Shown here piece after piece: positions 50,872-59,742 of a stretch of 64,000 bases of DNA. Both the position numbers and the translations under genes were made by a program. Within the stretch, counting starts at the first letter, position 1. Every line of letters begins with the position of its first letter. The DNA lies in assembly GCA_965219955.1 (NCBI GenBank), contig OZ244799.1, forward strand, positions 3,552,001-3,616,000, written 5' to 3'. The stretch is from a bacterium. Its GTDB lineage: Bacteria; UBA8248. The notes beneath the pieces are model-generated. The model did not search any database. It saw only the letters and a program-made list of their open reading frames with translations, and was not told where the DNA came from.

Positions 50872-51888
50872 TTATGGTTCATATTCGATTGAGACCGCCT
50901 CACTGCCATCCACCCAGCCGGGCATGACGGCCGTCACCGGGCCGGGCGTACCCCCTGCGACGAGAAGAATCAGATCTTCTTCATCCTTAATCGCCGGTAC
51001 CAGATACGAATCATCCTGCAGGTTCACGTCAAATGGCCACTTGGCTGCCATCTCATCACGCCAATAGCCTGATTTTTTCAGCTCTCCAAGGGGCTTTCGC
51101 GCAAGCTCCATGATTCGGCGATGGACATCTTCCTTACTTAAACCAGCCTCTGCGCACATGCGCGCATGATCCGGACCCAAAGCAACGACCACCTGGGTTT
51201 TCAGCCATATATTGAGCGAACCCAAGGTCGATATTTTATCCGCAAGGCCCACGAAAAAAGATTCCGGCTCTTTTGAATAATCGTCGATATAGCCTTGAGG
51301 CGCTTCCGTCATCACGGCGGTCACGACATCTTCATCCTGCTGAAAGCCCTTCGTGACGGACAATGGCTCCCAGGGGCTTTCCGCTTCGTTCTCGGCGATG
51401 CAAAACGTATATCTGGCGGGCGAGCCGAACGTGCTCATCGAGGCGGAAACCGGCACACCGCCGCCCAGGTTCATGAGTATTAACCGGATGGCGCGTCCAA
51501 TCGTCGCATTCGCCCGAAAACCCGGCCCGAAGCAACCTGTGCCGCCATGCAGGCCGATTTTTTTCGCATACGGCCCGTTCACGATGATCAGAGGGGCCGC
51601 GCTGTGCATGGTGCCCTGTACGCCGTTCAAATTGAGTTTTGGCGCAAGGAGCGCTCCAAGCCCTGCAATAACAAGGGGCAAATACGAAGGCTCACACCCC
51701 GCCATCACGGCGTGCGCGGCAATCGCCTCCACGCTCGCCTCCCCCATGAGGGGCGGCACCAAACCGATAATTTCCGAGGTTTCAAGCCTCGTACCCGAAA
51801 ACATGGCGGCCATTCGTTCTTCTGTAGGGGGAATTACCGGCAGGCCGTCCGACCAGGGTTTTTGAAAGAAAAACTCGAATTCATCCAT
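50872..51888 (-). CDS. Uncharacterised WSDGLPV-family protein, paralog 3
   Basis: Same motifs as its neighbours. Confidence 0.85.
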   Translation of the reverse strand: MDEFEFFFQKPWSDGLPVIPPTEERMAAMFSGTRLETSEIIGLVPPLMGEASVEAIAAHAVMAGCEPSYLPLVIAGLGALLAPKLNLNGVQGTMHSAAPLIIVNGPYAKKIGLHGGTGCFGPGFRANATIGRAIRLILMNLGGGVPVSASMSTFGSPARYTFCIAENEAESPWEPLSVTKGFQQDEDVVTAVMTEAPQGYIDDYSKEPESFFVGLADKISTLGSLNIWLKTQVVVALGPDHARMCAEAGLSKEDVHRRIMELARKPLGELKKSGYWRDEMAAKWPFDVNLQDDSYLVPAIKDEEDLILLVAGGTPGPVTAVMPGWVDGSEAVSIEYEP

Positions 51889-51929
51889 GGGAAAATGACT
51901 TTACCAGACGGAATGCGGGAAATCCGGCA

Positions 51930-52964
51930 TTACACTTCAAACACGCCATGAACGGCGCGGCTGCCGCCGCTCCACCCGTGACAGACCGCACTGCCCGATC
52001 CCCAGCCGCCCGCGACGATCAAATGGAGGTCACGGGGATCCTTGATGACGGGAACGAAAAACTCATCATCATCGGGCTCCGTGTGGATATACATCGCCAG
52101 CGCGCGCTCACGCCGCCAGTTTCCGCCTCGCTTCAGGTCCTTCACCTTGTGGCCGGCCAGCTCACACAGCCGCTGATGCACGTCCGCGCGCGTAAGGCCG
52201 CCCTCGGAGCAAATCTTCGCATGCTGGGGATTCATGGCGACGACCATATCGGTTCTGGGCGCGTGCATGTTCCAGGAGCCCAGACCCGTCATCGCATCGG
52301 CGATTCCCCGGAGCAGCCTCTCGGGCTCCTCGCTGACGTCATCGAAGGTCAGGCGCGGGCTTTCCACCATGGCCATGGTGATCACGTTCTCATCCGCCCC
52401 GTATCCCCTCGATTCGGCGAGCGTCTCCCAGGGGTGAAACTGGAGGTTCTCCGTGACGCACGCGGTATAGCGAAGCGGCGTGCCGAAAATCGTCATGGAA
52501 GAAACGCCCGGGATGCCCCCGCCCAGGTTCATCAGAATCAGGCGAATCGCGCGGCCGATGGAGGCGTTGGCCCTGAATCCGGGGCCGAAACAGCCATTGC
52601 CCCCGTGAATGCCGATTTCCCCGGAATACGGGCCGTTCACGATCATCAGGGGCGCCACGCCGTGCATCGTGCCCTGCACACCGTTCATGTTGAATTCATC
52701 GCGAAGCATGAGGGAGGCGGCGCCGAGTACGACCGGCAGGTATTCCGGCTTACACCCGGCCATGACCGCATGCACCGCCACGCTGTGAACCGTGGCCTCC
52801 CCCATGGCGGGAGGAACCTGACCGATGACCTCGGCAGGACTTCTCTTCGTGCCCGAGAGCATGCGCTCGATGCGCTCTTCGGTCGGGGTGACGACGGGCA
52901 GGCCGTCCGACCAGGGTTTTTCCAGGAAAAACTCGAATTCATCTTGAGGATCGTTCAAAACCAT
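51930..52964 (-). CDS. Uncharacterised WSDGLPV-family protein, paralog 2
   Basis: Same motifs as its neighbours. Confidence 0.85.
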   Translation of the reverse strand: MVLNDPQDEFEFFLEKPWSDGLPVVTPTEERIERMLSGTKRSPAEVIGQVPPAMGEATVHSVAVHAVMAGCKPEYLPVVLGAASLMLRDEFNMNGVQGTMHGVAPLMIVNGPYSGEIGIHGGNGCFGPGFRANASIGRAIRLILMNLGGGIPGVSSMTIFGTPLRYTACVTENLQFHPWETLAESRGYGADENVITMAMVESPRLTFDDVSEEPERLLRGIADAMTGLGSWNMHAPRTDMVVAMNPQHAKICSEGGLTRADVHQRLCELAGHKVKDLKRGGNWRRERALAMYIHTEPDDDEFFVPVIKDPRDLHLIVAGGWGSGSAVCHGWSGGSRAVHGVFEV

Positions 52965-52986
52965 TCACCCCTTGATATATTTGGTC

Positions 52987-54021
52987 TTATGACGATTCAA
53001 ATGCGCGGGAAACCGAGCGGCTGCTCCCGTTCCAGCCGTGCATCACGGCCGTAATCGGCCCCGGAACCCCGCCCGCCACGATCAGGAGCAGCCTCCCGGT
53101 CTCTTTGATCGTCGGAACGAACGCATCGTCATCATCCAGATCGACGGGGAACGGGAAGTCTCTGATGCGGTTCTCCCGGTAATGCCCCCCCGTTTTGAGT
53201 TCGCCCACCGTGCGGCCCGCGATTTCGCAAAGACGCCCATGGACATCCGCTTTCGAATACCCCTTTTTGGCGCAGATCGTGGCCTGCTGCGGACTCATCG
53301 CCACCACCAGATCCGTGTTGGCCCAGCAGTTCCACGAACCCAGATGCGACATGGTGTCCGCGATGGAGGGGAGCATGCGCTCGGGGTCGTCGCTCACGTC
53401 ATCCCAGGACATGACGGGGCCTTCCACGTGCACGGCGGTGACGACATCCTCCCCCGCATCAAAACCCTGCGTCTGCGCGAAAGACTCCCAGGGGCTTTCC
53501 GCTTCATTCTCGGCGATGCAGTACGTGAACCGCCCCGGTTGAGAGAACGTGCTCATCGAGGTGATGCCCGGGATTCCGCCGCCGATGTTCAGGAGCAAAA
53601 GCCTGATGGCGCGCCCGATCGTCGCGTTGGCGCGGTTCCCGGGGCCGAAGCAGCCGAGCCCGCCGTGTACGCCGATTTCCCCCGCGTAGGGGCCGTTCAC
53701 GATCAAAAGGGGAGCCGCGCAGGAGAGCGTCGCCTGCACGCCGCCCACGTTGAATTTTTCCTCCAGAATCGCTTCCACGGCCCCGATGAGAACCGGCATA
53801 TACGCCGGCCTGCACCCGGCCATGACGGCGTGGGCGGCGATGCTTCGAACGTCCGCCTGCGCCAAGAGCGGAGGCACGTCGCCCAGGACTTCGTCCGGGT
53901 CGCGGTTCGTTCCCGCCAGCATGAGGCCCAGGCGCTCCTCCGTCGGGGGGATGACCGGCAGGCCGTCCGACCAGGGTTTCTCGAAGAAATACTCGAACTC
54001 ATCCACGGGAGAAGTGCTCAC
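52987..54021 (-). CDS. Uncharacterised WSDGLPV-family protein, paralog 1
   Basis: Same motifs as its neighbours; GTG start. Confidence 0.85.
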   Translation of the reverse strand: MSTSPVDEFEYFFEKPWSDGLPVIPPTEERLGLMLAGTNRDPDEVLGDVPPLLAQADVRSIAAHAVMAGCRPAYMPVLIGAVEAILEEKFNVGGVQATLSCAAPLLIVNGPYAGEIGVHGGLGCFGPGNRANATIGRAIRLLLLNIGGGIPGITSMSTFSQPGRFTYCIAENEAESPWESFAQTQGFDAGEDVVTAVHVEGPVMSWDDVSDDPERMLPSIADTMSHLGSWNCWANTDLVVAMSPQQATICAKKGYSKADVHGRLCEIAGRTVGELKTGGHYRENRIRDFPFPVDLDDDDAFVPTIKETGRLLLIVAGGVPGPITAVMHGWNGSSRSVSRAFESS

Positions 54022-54173
54022 GAAATGCCTCCGGAGAAACTTGACGACGCGCAGGATACGTTAATAAAGCCGCACAAATATACATGGGCGCTGGACAGAT
54101 TGCGAGTCGGTGTCGTTAGAATGCGTCTGACGCTCCATCTTCCGTAAACGCCTCAACTACAGGAGTTTATTCC

Positions 54174-54560
54174 ATGCCGATCTACAGAAACCTCGCCGCG
54201 CAGAACCAGGGGAAAGCCGCCGACTACGTCACCGCAGACGCCGCCTGGGTCGATGGCGCCCATACCACCATCGGTTATTTCCGCATGGAGGCGGGGGGCC
54301 ACTCCAACCCGCATTATCACCACGACGAGCAGTTCCTCTATCTCCTGAAGGGCGGGCTGCGGGTGGCCGTGGAAGGGGAGATACTCGAAGCCGCGCCAGG
54401 CGATCTGGTGCAGTTCCGTCCCGGCGAGGTGCACGAGATCATGGCGCTGGATGAGCCCGTGGAACTCCTGCTCACGAGGGCTCCGGCCCGGCCGAGTCTC
54501 GAGGTGCTCGCGGTGACGCCCGAAGGAGAGAAGGCCCGCAGCGTCCTGCGCTCCGAATAG
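54174..54560 (+). CDS. Cupin domain protein
   Basis: PHYHHDEQFLYLLKG...FRPGEVH; RBS AGGAG. Confidence 0.85.
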   Translation: MPIYRNLAAQNQGKAADYVTADAAWVDGAHTTIGYFRMEAGGHSNPHYHHDEQFLYLLKGGLRVAVEGEILEAAPGDLVQFRPGEVHEIMALDEPVELLLTRAPARPSLEVLAVTPEGEKARSVLRSE

Positions 54561-54794
54561 CACATCGCTACCTGAACGCCCATATTATCAATGCCTTGCG
54601 CGGCGCCATCCCGCGCCCGGAACGGCCGCCACAGGGCCGTCACGTCCGGGGGTTTCCTCCCGCGATTCCCGCCGTTGCGCGCATGCTCCCCCTGCAGTTC
54701 CCCGCATTTGCCGTTATCGCAAACCTCGCGATCATGGCAGAATTCCCCTGCGCCCGGATTCCGGCGGCGTCTCATCCTCCCGAATCATTTGCCG

Positions 54795-55012
54795 TTTATT
54801 TATCGAAAAACCCCGTGAATTTATCTGATTTTATCGAATTTTCCGGAAATTCCATTCCGGCTCGACGGGCCGGTCCGCGGCGTGATTCTACCGCGCTCCC
54901 GGGCCTTCGCCACGACGGCAAATGCGGGAAAATGCGGAGCGCGCACCGGTGCCCGAAGGTGAAATTCGACTGGTGGAGGAGAGCCTGCCCCGAGCGAAAA
55001 GGGGTTGTTGAA
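54795..55012 (-). repeat. 218-bp long repeat, copy B
   Basis: Reverse complement of 7195-7412. Confidence 0.92.
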
Positions 55013-55069
55013 TCCGTTTTTGATCGTCATTCCGGCAATCCTGGCTTTGCAGGGTTTTTCAACAGCACC
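55001..55069. mobile_element. Minimal MITE-like element, copy 3 (69 bp)
   Basis: GGGGTTGTTGAA...TTTTTCAACAGCACC; internal TTTGATCGTCATTCCG shared with copy 2. Confidence 0.55.
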
Positions 55070-55319
55070 GAAGAGAGCGGGTTCGCCGACCGGGAAAGGA
55101 GGAACGGCGTTTGACGCGGCTGGTGAGGGAGTGGTTGACGCGTCCGCGCCCGGGTTTGGAAAAGAGGTTTTCGAGCGAGGAGGCGTTCACCTCTGCGGCG
55201 CAGATTCGTCAGGTGGTGCGTGAAAGGCGCTCGTTCCCCCCGCCCGAAGTGAAAATATGTTTCGATAAGCTGAAAAACGGGTGCTACAATGCGTTGTTTC
55301 TCTGGAAAAGGAGCGCGCC

Positions 55320-56771
55320 TTGGAAAGAAGCCTGTTCGATCAGACGGAAGACGGTGACAGCGGCGACGGTGAATCACAAACGCCCCGGGTCGACCCGGGG
55401 GCGCCCCTGGCCGAGCGCATGCGGCCCCGGACGCTCGATGAGGTTTTGGGACAGGATCACCTGATCGGCCCGGGCCGCGTGCTGAGGCGCGCCGTGGAGG
55501 AAGATTCCTTGCGCCCGCTCATCTTCTGGGGGCCGCCCGGCACGGGCAAGACGACGCTCGCGCGCATCATCGCGGGGAAAACGAACGCGCACTTCATCAC
55601 GCTGAGCGCGGTGCTCCACGGGGTGAAGGAGTTGCGCGCCGCCGTGGACGAAGCGAAGCGCATGCGGCAAAGAAAGGTGCGCACGATCCTGTTCATCGAC
55701 GAGATTCACCGCTTCAACAAGGCCCAGCAGGACGGCCTCCTGCCCCACGTGGAAAACGGCGCGCTCACCCTCATCGGAGCGACGACGGAAAACCCCTCCT
55801 TCGAGGTCATACCGCCCCTCCTCTCCCGCGCGCGCGTGTTCGTACTCGAGGGATTGAAGGAAGAGCACGTCGTGGCGCTTCTCCGCCGCGCCCTGGCGGA
55901 CACCGAACGCGGCCTCGGGGCCTTGAAGCTGGAGGCGGAGGATGACGCCCTGCGCCGCGTCACGGTCCTGAGCAGCGGGGATGCGCGCTCCGCCCTCAAT
56001 ATCCTGGAAGCCGCAGCCGCCCTCGCCGGCGAGAACCGCCGGGTCGATTCAAAGCTGGTGAGCGAGGCCGCCCAGCGCAAGACGCTTCTCTACGACAAGG
56101 CGGGCGAGGAGCACTACAACCTCATCTCCGCCCTTCACAAGACCCTGCGGGCTTCCGACCCCGACGCCGCCCTCTACTGGCTCGCGCGCATGCTGGAGGG
56201 GGGCGAGGACCCCATGTACATCCTGCGGCGTCTCGTGCGCTTCGCCTCGGAAGACGTCGGCATGGCCGACCCGAACGCGCTCGCCGTGGCGACCGCCGCC
56301 CAGGGGGCGTTTCACTTCATCGGCCTCCCCGAGGGGAAGCTCGCCATCGCGCAGGCGGTGGTCTATCTCGCCCAGGCGCCCAAGAGCGACGCGGTCTACC
56401 GGGGCTTCGGGGCGGCGGAACGCGCCGTGCGCGAGCAGGACGCCGCGCCCGTCCCGCATCACCTGAGGAACGCGCCCACCGGCCTCATGCGCGACCTCGG
56501 CTACGGCGAGGGCTACAAGCACGCGCACGAGTTCGACGACGCTGTCGTGGAGATGGAGGGCATGCCCGAGGGTCTGCAGGGGACGCGGTTTTATCATCCC
56601 ACTTCCCGGGGGTTCGAGGCGGAGGTCCGGAAGAGGCTCGCCACCCGCGAGGAGATACTGAACGAACGCCTCGGCGAGCGCCTGAACGTGCCAGATGAGA
56701 AGTCCATGGACGACCGCCGCCCCTCCGACCCCGCCATGCCGGGCAGAAGGGCGCGAAGGAAGGATAAGTAA
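55320..56771 (+). CDS. rarA: Replication-associated recombination protein A (MgsA)
   Basis: [56 protein letters not shown]; TTG after AAGGAG; TGcTACAAT upstream. Confidence 0.95.
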   Translation: MERSLFDQTEDGDSGDGESQTPRVDPGAPLAERMRPRTLDEVLGQDHLIGPGRVLRRAVEEDSLRPLIFWGPPGTGKTTLARIIAGKTNAHFITLSAVLHGVKELRAAVDEAKRMRQRKVRTILFIDEIHRFNKAQQDGLLPHVENGALTLIGATTENPSFEVIPPLLSRARVFVLEGLKEEHVVALLRRALADTERGLGALKLEAEDDALRRVTVLSSGDARSALNILEAAAALAGENRRVDSKLVSEAAQRKTLLYDKAGEEHYNLISALHKTLRASDPDAALYWLARMLEGGEDPMYILRRLVRFASEDVGMADPNALAVATAAQGAFHFIGLPEGKLAIAQAVVYLAQAPKSDAVYRGFGAAERAVREQDAAPVPHHLRNAPTGLMRDLGYGEGYKHAHEFDDAVVEMEGMPEGLQGTRFYHPTSRGFEAEVRKRLATREEILNERLGERLNVPDEKSMDDRRPSDPAMPGRRARRKDK

Positions 56772-56882
56772 GGGGTGAGTTTACGGCGTATTTTCGTAAA
56801 ATGAAGCTCTCACTTTGACATTTCTACCAAGTCGAGAGATATTTTCGTTGCCGCTAATTTGAAATGCGAGAGAGAAAGTGAA

Positions 56883-57446
56883 ATGACGGAATTCGAAATC
56901 GCAACGCTCGAATTGCAAAGATGGAGCATTTACGTCGCCGCCGGTGTCGGCCTCGCCCAATGCGCCTTGATAGGGCTCGGGCTGCTCATGATGTATGTGG
57001 CGTCAAGGCACAGAGACAGGGCCTTGGACAATCAGTCGAAAGTGCTGGACAACCAGACGAAGGCTTTGGACGCCTTGCTTGATCGCACCGGAGCATACAC
57101 GAAATCGCTGGAAGCTACGCTCGATCGCACCGAGGGTACTTGGAAGGCATTGATCGAACGTGTTGAGAGCGGCACGAAAGCAACGGATACGTTGATCGAA
57201 CGCAGCGATGCTGGCTGGAAGGCGTTAATCGAACGTATCGAGAGCAGTTCGAAAGCGACGGATACGTTGATCGAACGCACCGCAACGAATACGAAATCGC
57301 TTGAGGCTACTATAGAGCGTACCGAGGCCGGTACAAAAGCGCTGATCGAACGTGTCGAAAATGGCGCGAAGGCAACGGATGCCTTGATCGAACGCACGGA
57401 AGATAGCGCCAGGGCGCTGCGCAGATTGCTGGAGAGAACCGAATAA
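56883..57446 (+). CDS. Membrane-anchored coiled-coil repeat protein (LIERT repeats)
   Basis: TM helix with QCALI, then about 10 repeats of 14 or 11 aa; TTGACA upstream at 56815. Confidence 0.8.
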   Translation: MTEFEIATLELQRWSIYVAAGVGLAQCALIGLGLLMMYVASRHRDRALDNQSKVLDNQTKALDALLDRTGAYTKSLEATLDRTEGTWKALIERVESGTKATDTLIERSDAGWKALIERIESSSKATDTLIERTATNTKSLEATIERTEAGTKALIERVENGAKATDALIERTEDSARALRRLLERTE

Positions 57447-57494
57447 AAGCGCTTGCCGAGAGATATTCCTGAAAAGATTTATCGTCGCGAAAAA

Positions 57495-58274
57495 CTATCC
57501 CGCCGCCGCGACGGAATTCCTGGATTCGAGCGCTCCATCCATCTCTTCGATGATCGCCTTGGCCGCCCCGAACGGATCCTCGCTTTTCGTGATGGGCCTG
57601 CCTACGACGAGATAGTCCGAACCCATGCGGATGGCATCCGCCGGCGTGGTGATTCGTTTGTGATCATCAGACGCGGCCCACGCAGGCCGGACTCCGGGGC
57701 TTACGATATCGGCGTTCGGGAATTTCTCGCGGCAGGCCTTGATGGCGTCGCCCGAAACGATCAACCCGTCACATCCCTCGGCGAGCAGCTTCTCTCCCCG
57801 GTCGAGAATGTATTGCGTCGAATCCGCTCCTTTGATTCCTTCGCTTCGCAAATCGTCATCGCTCAGGCTCGAAAGAAGCGGCACCATCAGGAGCTTGGGA
57901 TGCGCCGCAACGCCTCGGGTTTTGAGCGCAGTTTCCATCGTCCTGGTCGTCATCACGTAGGGCATGGACTCGGTGAGCGTGACGAACCTGACGTTAAGCG
58001 CCATGCAGCTCTCGATGAACCTGGCTATCGTGTTGCCGATGTCTCCCGAGAGCTTGAGATCGACGAACACCCCGCCTTCGCCTGAGCGGCGGTCCTGAAG
58101 CTCGTTGATGAACCCGAGCAGGTCCCCCGCGAGAAAGAGTTCGAGCCCGACCTTGAAAAACGAGACGTTCTCGAGTTTTTCAACCAGTCCGAGCGCTTCC
58201 TCGTGCGTCGGCACGTCCAGGGCAACGATGAGGCGGTCCTTGCCGCTCAGGCTCGCCGCGGGTTTCTCCCCCAT
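57495..58274 (-). CDS. pyrF: Orotidine-5'-phosphate decarboxylase (divergent)
   Basis: [43 protein letters not shown]. Confidence 0.8.
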   Translation of the reverse strand: MGEKPAASLSGKDRLIVALDVPTHEEALGLVEKLENVSFFKVGLELFLAGDLLGFINELQDRRSGEGGVFVDLKLSGDIGNTIARFIESCMALNVRFVTLTESMPYVMTTRTMETALKTRGVAAHPKLLMVPLLSSLSDDDLRSEGIKGADSTQYILDRGEKLLAEGCDGLIVSGDAIKACREKFPNADIVSPGVRPAWAASDDHKRITTPADAIRMGSDYLVVGRPITKSEDPFGAAKAIIEEMDGALESRNSVAAAG

Positions 58275-58508
58275 CGACGCTCCTCCTGTTTCGTCGGGCA
58301 GGTGGTCATTGTGATTCGTGGGCGAAAATGCAAAGCCCTTATCGTACATTTCACATGGGAAATCAAACACGCATCCCCGTGCTGCGGAAGGCAGGGAGGC
58401 CATCGCCGGGGGTTGCTCCGACAGCGGGATTACCTGAAAATCGGCAAATCAACCCCCGAAAAGTTTTTGGGTGATTTGGCGTGCAAATCCTTTGTTCAGG
58501 AGGGTCCC

Positions 58509-58901
58509 TTGGAGATCGACCGCTTCGACCACATGGTGTTCACCGTGCGCGATGTCGAGCGCACTTGTGAATTCTACGCACGAGTTCTCGGCATGGAGGT
58601 CATCACCTTCGAGGGGGGCCGCCGCGCGCTCCGGTTCGGTGAGCAGAAGATAAACTTGCACCTTGCGGGAGCGGAGTTCGAACCCAAGGCCGACCCGCCC
58701 GTTCCGGGTTCCGAGGACGTGTGCCTCATCGCGAAAACGGATTTGGAGGAAGCGATGGCCCATGTGCGCGCTTGCGGCGTGGAGATCATCGAAGGCCCGT
58801 CCGATAAGAGCGGCGCGGCGGGGCCGATCCGCTCATTTTATTTCCGCGATCCGGACGGCAACCTGATCGAGGTGTCCAACTATCCGGGGGAGACGGAATA
58901 G
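58509..58901 (+). CDS. VOC/glyoxalase family protein
   Basis: DHMVFTV...FGEQKINLH...PGSED...[12 protein letters not shown]. Confidence 0.9.
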   Translation: MEIDRFDHMVFTVRDVERTCEFYARVLGMEVITFEGGRRALRFGEQKINLHLAGAEFEPKADPPVPGSEDVCLIAKTDLEEAMAHVRACGVEIIEGPSDKSGAAGPIRSFYFRDPDGNLIEVSNYPGETE

Positions 58902-58980
58902 CCCGCCTCTCGCGTAAGGAAAGTTTCGGGGGAGCAGCCCCTGTCAGCACCGGAAGATGCGGAAGCGGGAGCCGGACTTT

Positions 58981-59328
58981 CTAGCGCATGCGTTCGATGA
59001 AAGCCCTGAACGCCATCCTGCTTTCTTCTTGTCCTTTGATGAGTTCTTCCAACACCTTCGACTGATTCTCCAGCGACTTCGAGTTGCCCGCCGTGCGTTC
59101 GAGCGTCGCCTCCAGCGATTTCGAGCTTGCCGCTGTGCGTTCGAGCATCGCCTCCAGTGATTTCGAGCTTGCCGCCGTGCGTTCAATCAACGCATCCAGC
59201 GCCGCTCTTTGATCGTCCAGCGCCTTGTCCCGATTTTTCGAGGCGTCGCGCATTTGATTGAGGCCATACCAGATGAGAGCGCATTGGGACGCGCCGATGA
59301 CGAGGTTCAGAGCTTCGTACGTGGTCAT
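58981..59328 (-). CDS. Membrane-anchored coiled-coil repeat protein, paralog of 56883-57446
   Basis: QCALIWYGL...RDKALDDQ; 42-bp near-perfect tandem repeats at about 59069-59184; RBS GGAGG. Confidence 0.8.
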   Translation of the reverse strand: MTTYEALNLVIGASQCALIWYGLNQMRDASKNRDKALDDQRAALDALIERTAASSKSLEAMLERTAASSKSLEATLERTAGNSKSLENQSKVLEELIKGQEESRMAFRAFIERMR

Positions 59329-59374
59329 GGGTTTCCTCCAGAGCCGAATGAACAAGTCGTTGGGCCCTCAAGGA

Positions 59375-59405
59375 ATTATATTCCGATTCGTTCGTCGTCT
59401 GTCAA
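59375..59405 (-). promoter_or_regulatory. Putative sigma70 promoter
   Basis: TTGACA-N19-TATAAT: consensus boxes but a long spacer. Confidence 0.45.
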
Positions 59406-59503
59406 TGTCCGCCCGGCCCGAAGGGGAGAGCGGCGTTTTTGCGGGTACGCGGCCGTTCCGGGGCGATGATGAAAACCGGCTCCCCCGTAATTTCCCCCTT
59501 AGC

Positions 59504-59742
59504 GGGGTTGTTGAAAAAGCTCCCAAAATGGGTTGTTGCCCCCGAATCGAGAGTATTCACCGTCATTCCGGCGAAAGCCGGAATCCATTTTTAAGCCTTT
59601 TGCTTTTCGTCCGGGTTTCCGCGCATCGGCGGGGAATGAAACGCCGCCGTGTATTCATCCGCATCCGCAAATGGATTCCGGCTTTCGCCGGAATGACGGC
59701 AGTGATCACTTCCGAGCGAGGAAGGACTTTTCCAACAACCCC
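59504..59742. mobile_element. MITE-like element, copy 4, containing a CGTC REP pair (59561-59586 and 59673-59698)
   Basis: Ends GGGGTTGTTGAAAAA and TTTTCCAACAACCCC; abuts the UDG stop codon. Confidence 0.7.

Noticed and set aside
59069-59184. 42-bp tandem repeats as a CRISPR array
   Set aside because: No unique spacers, in-frame coding repeats, no cas genes.
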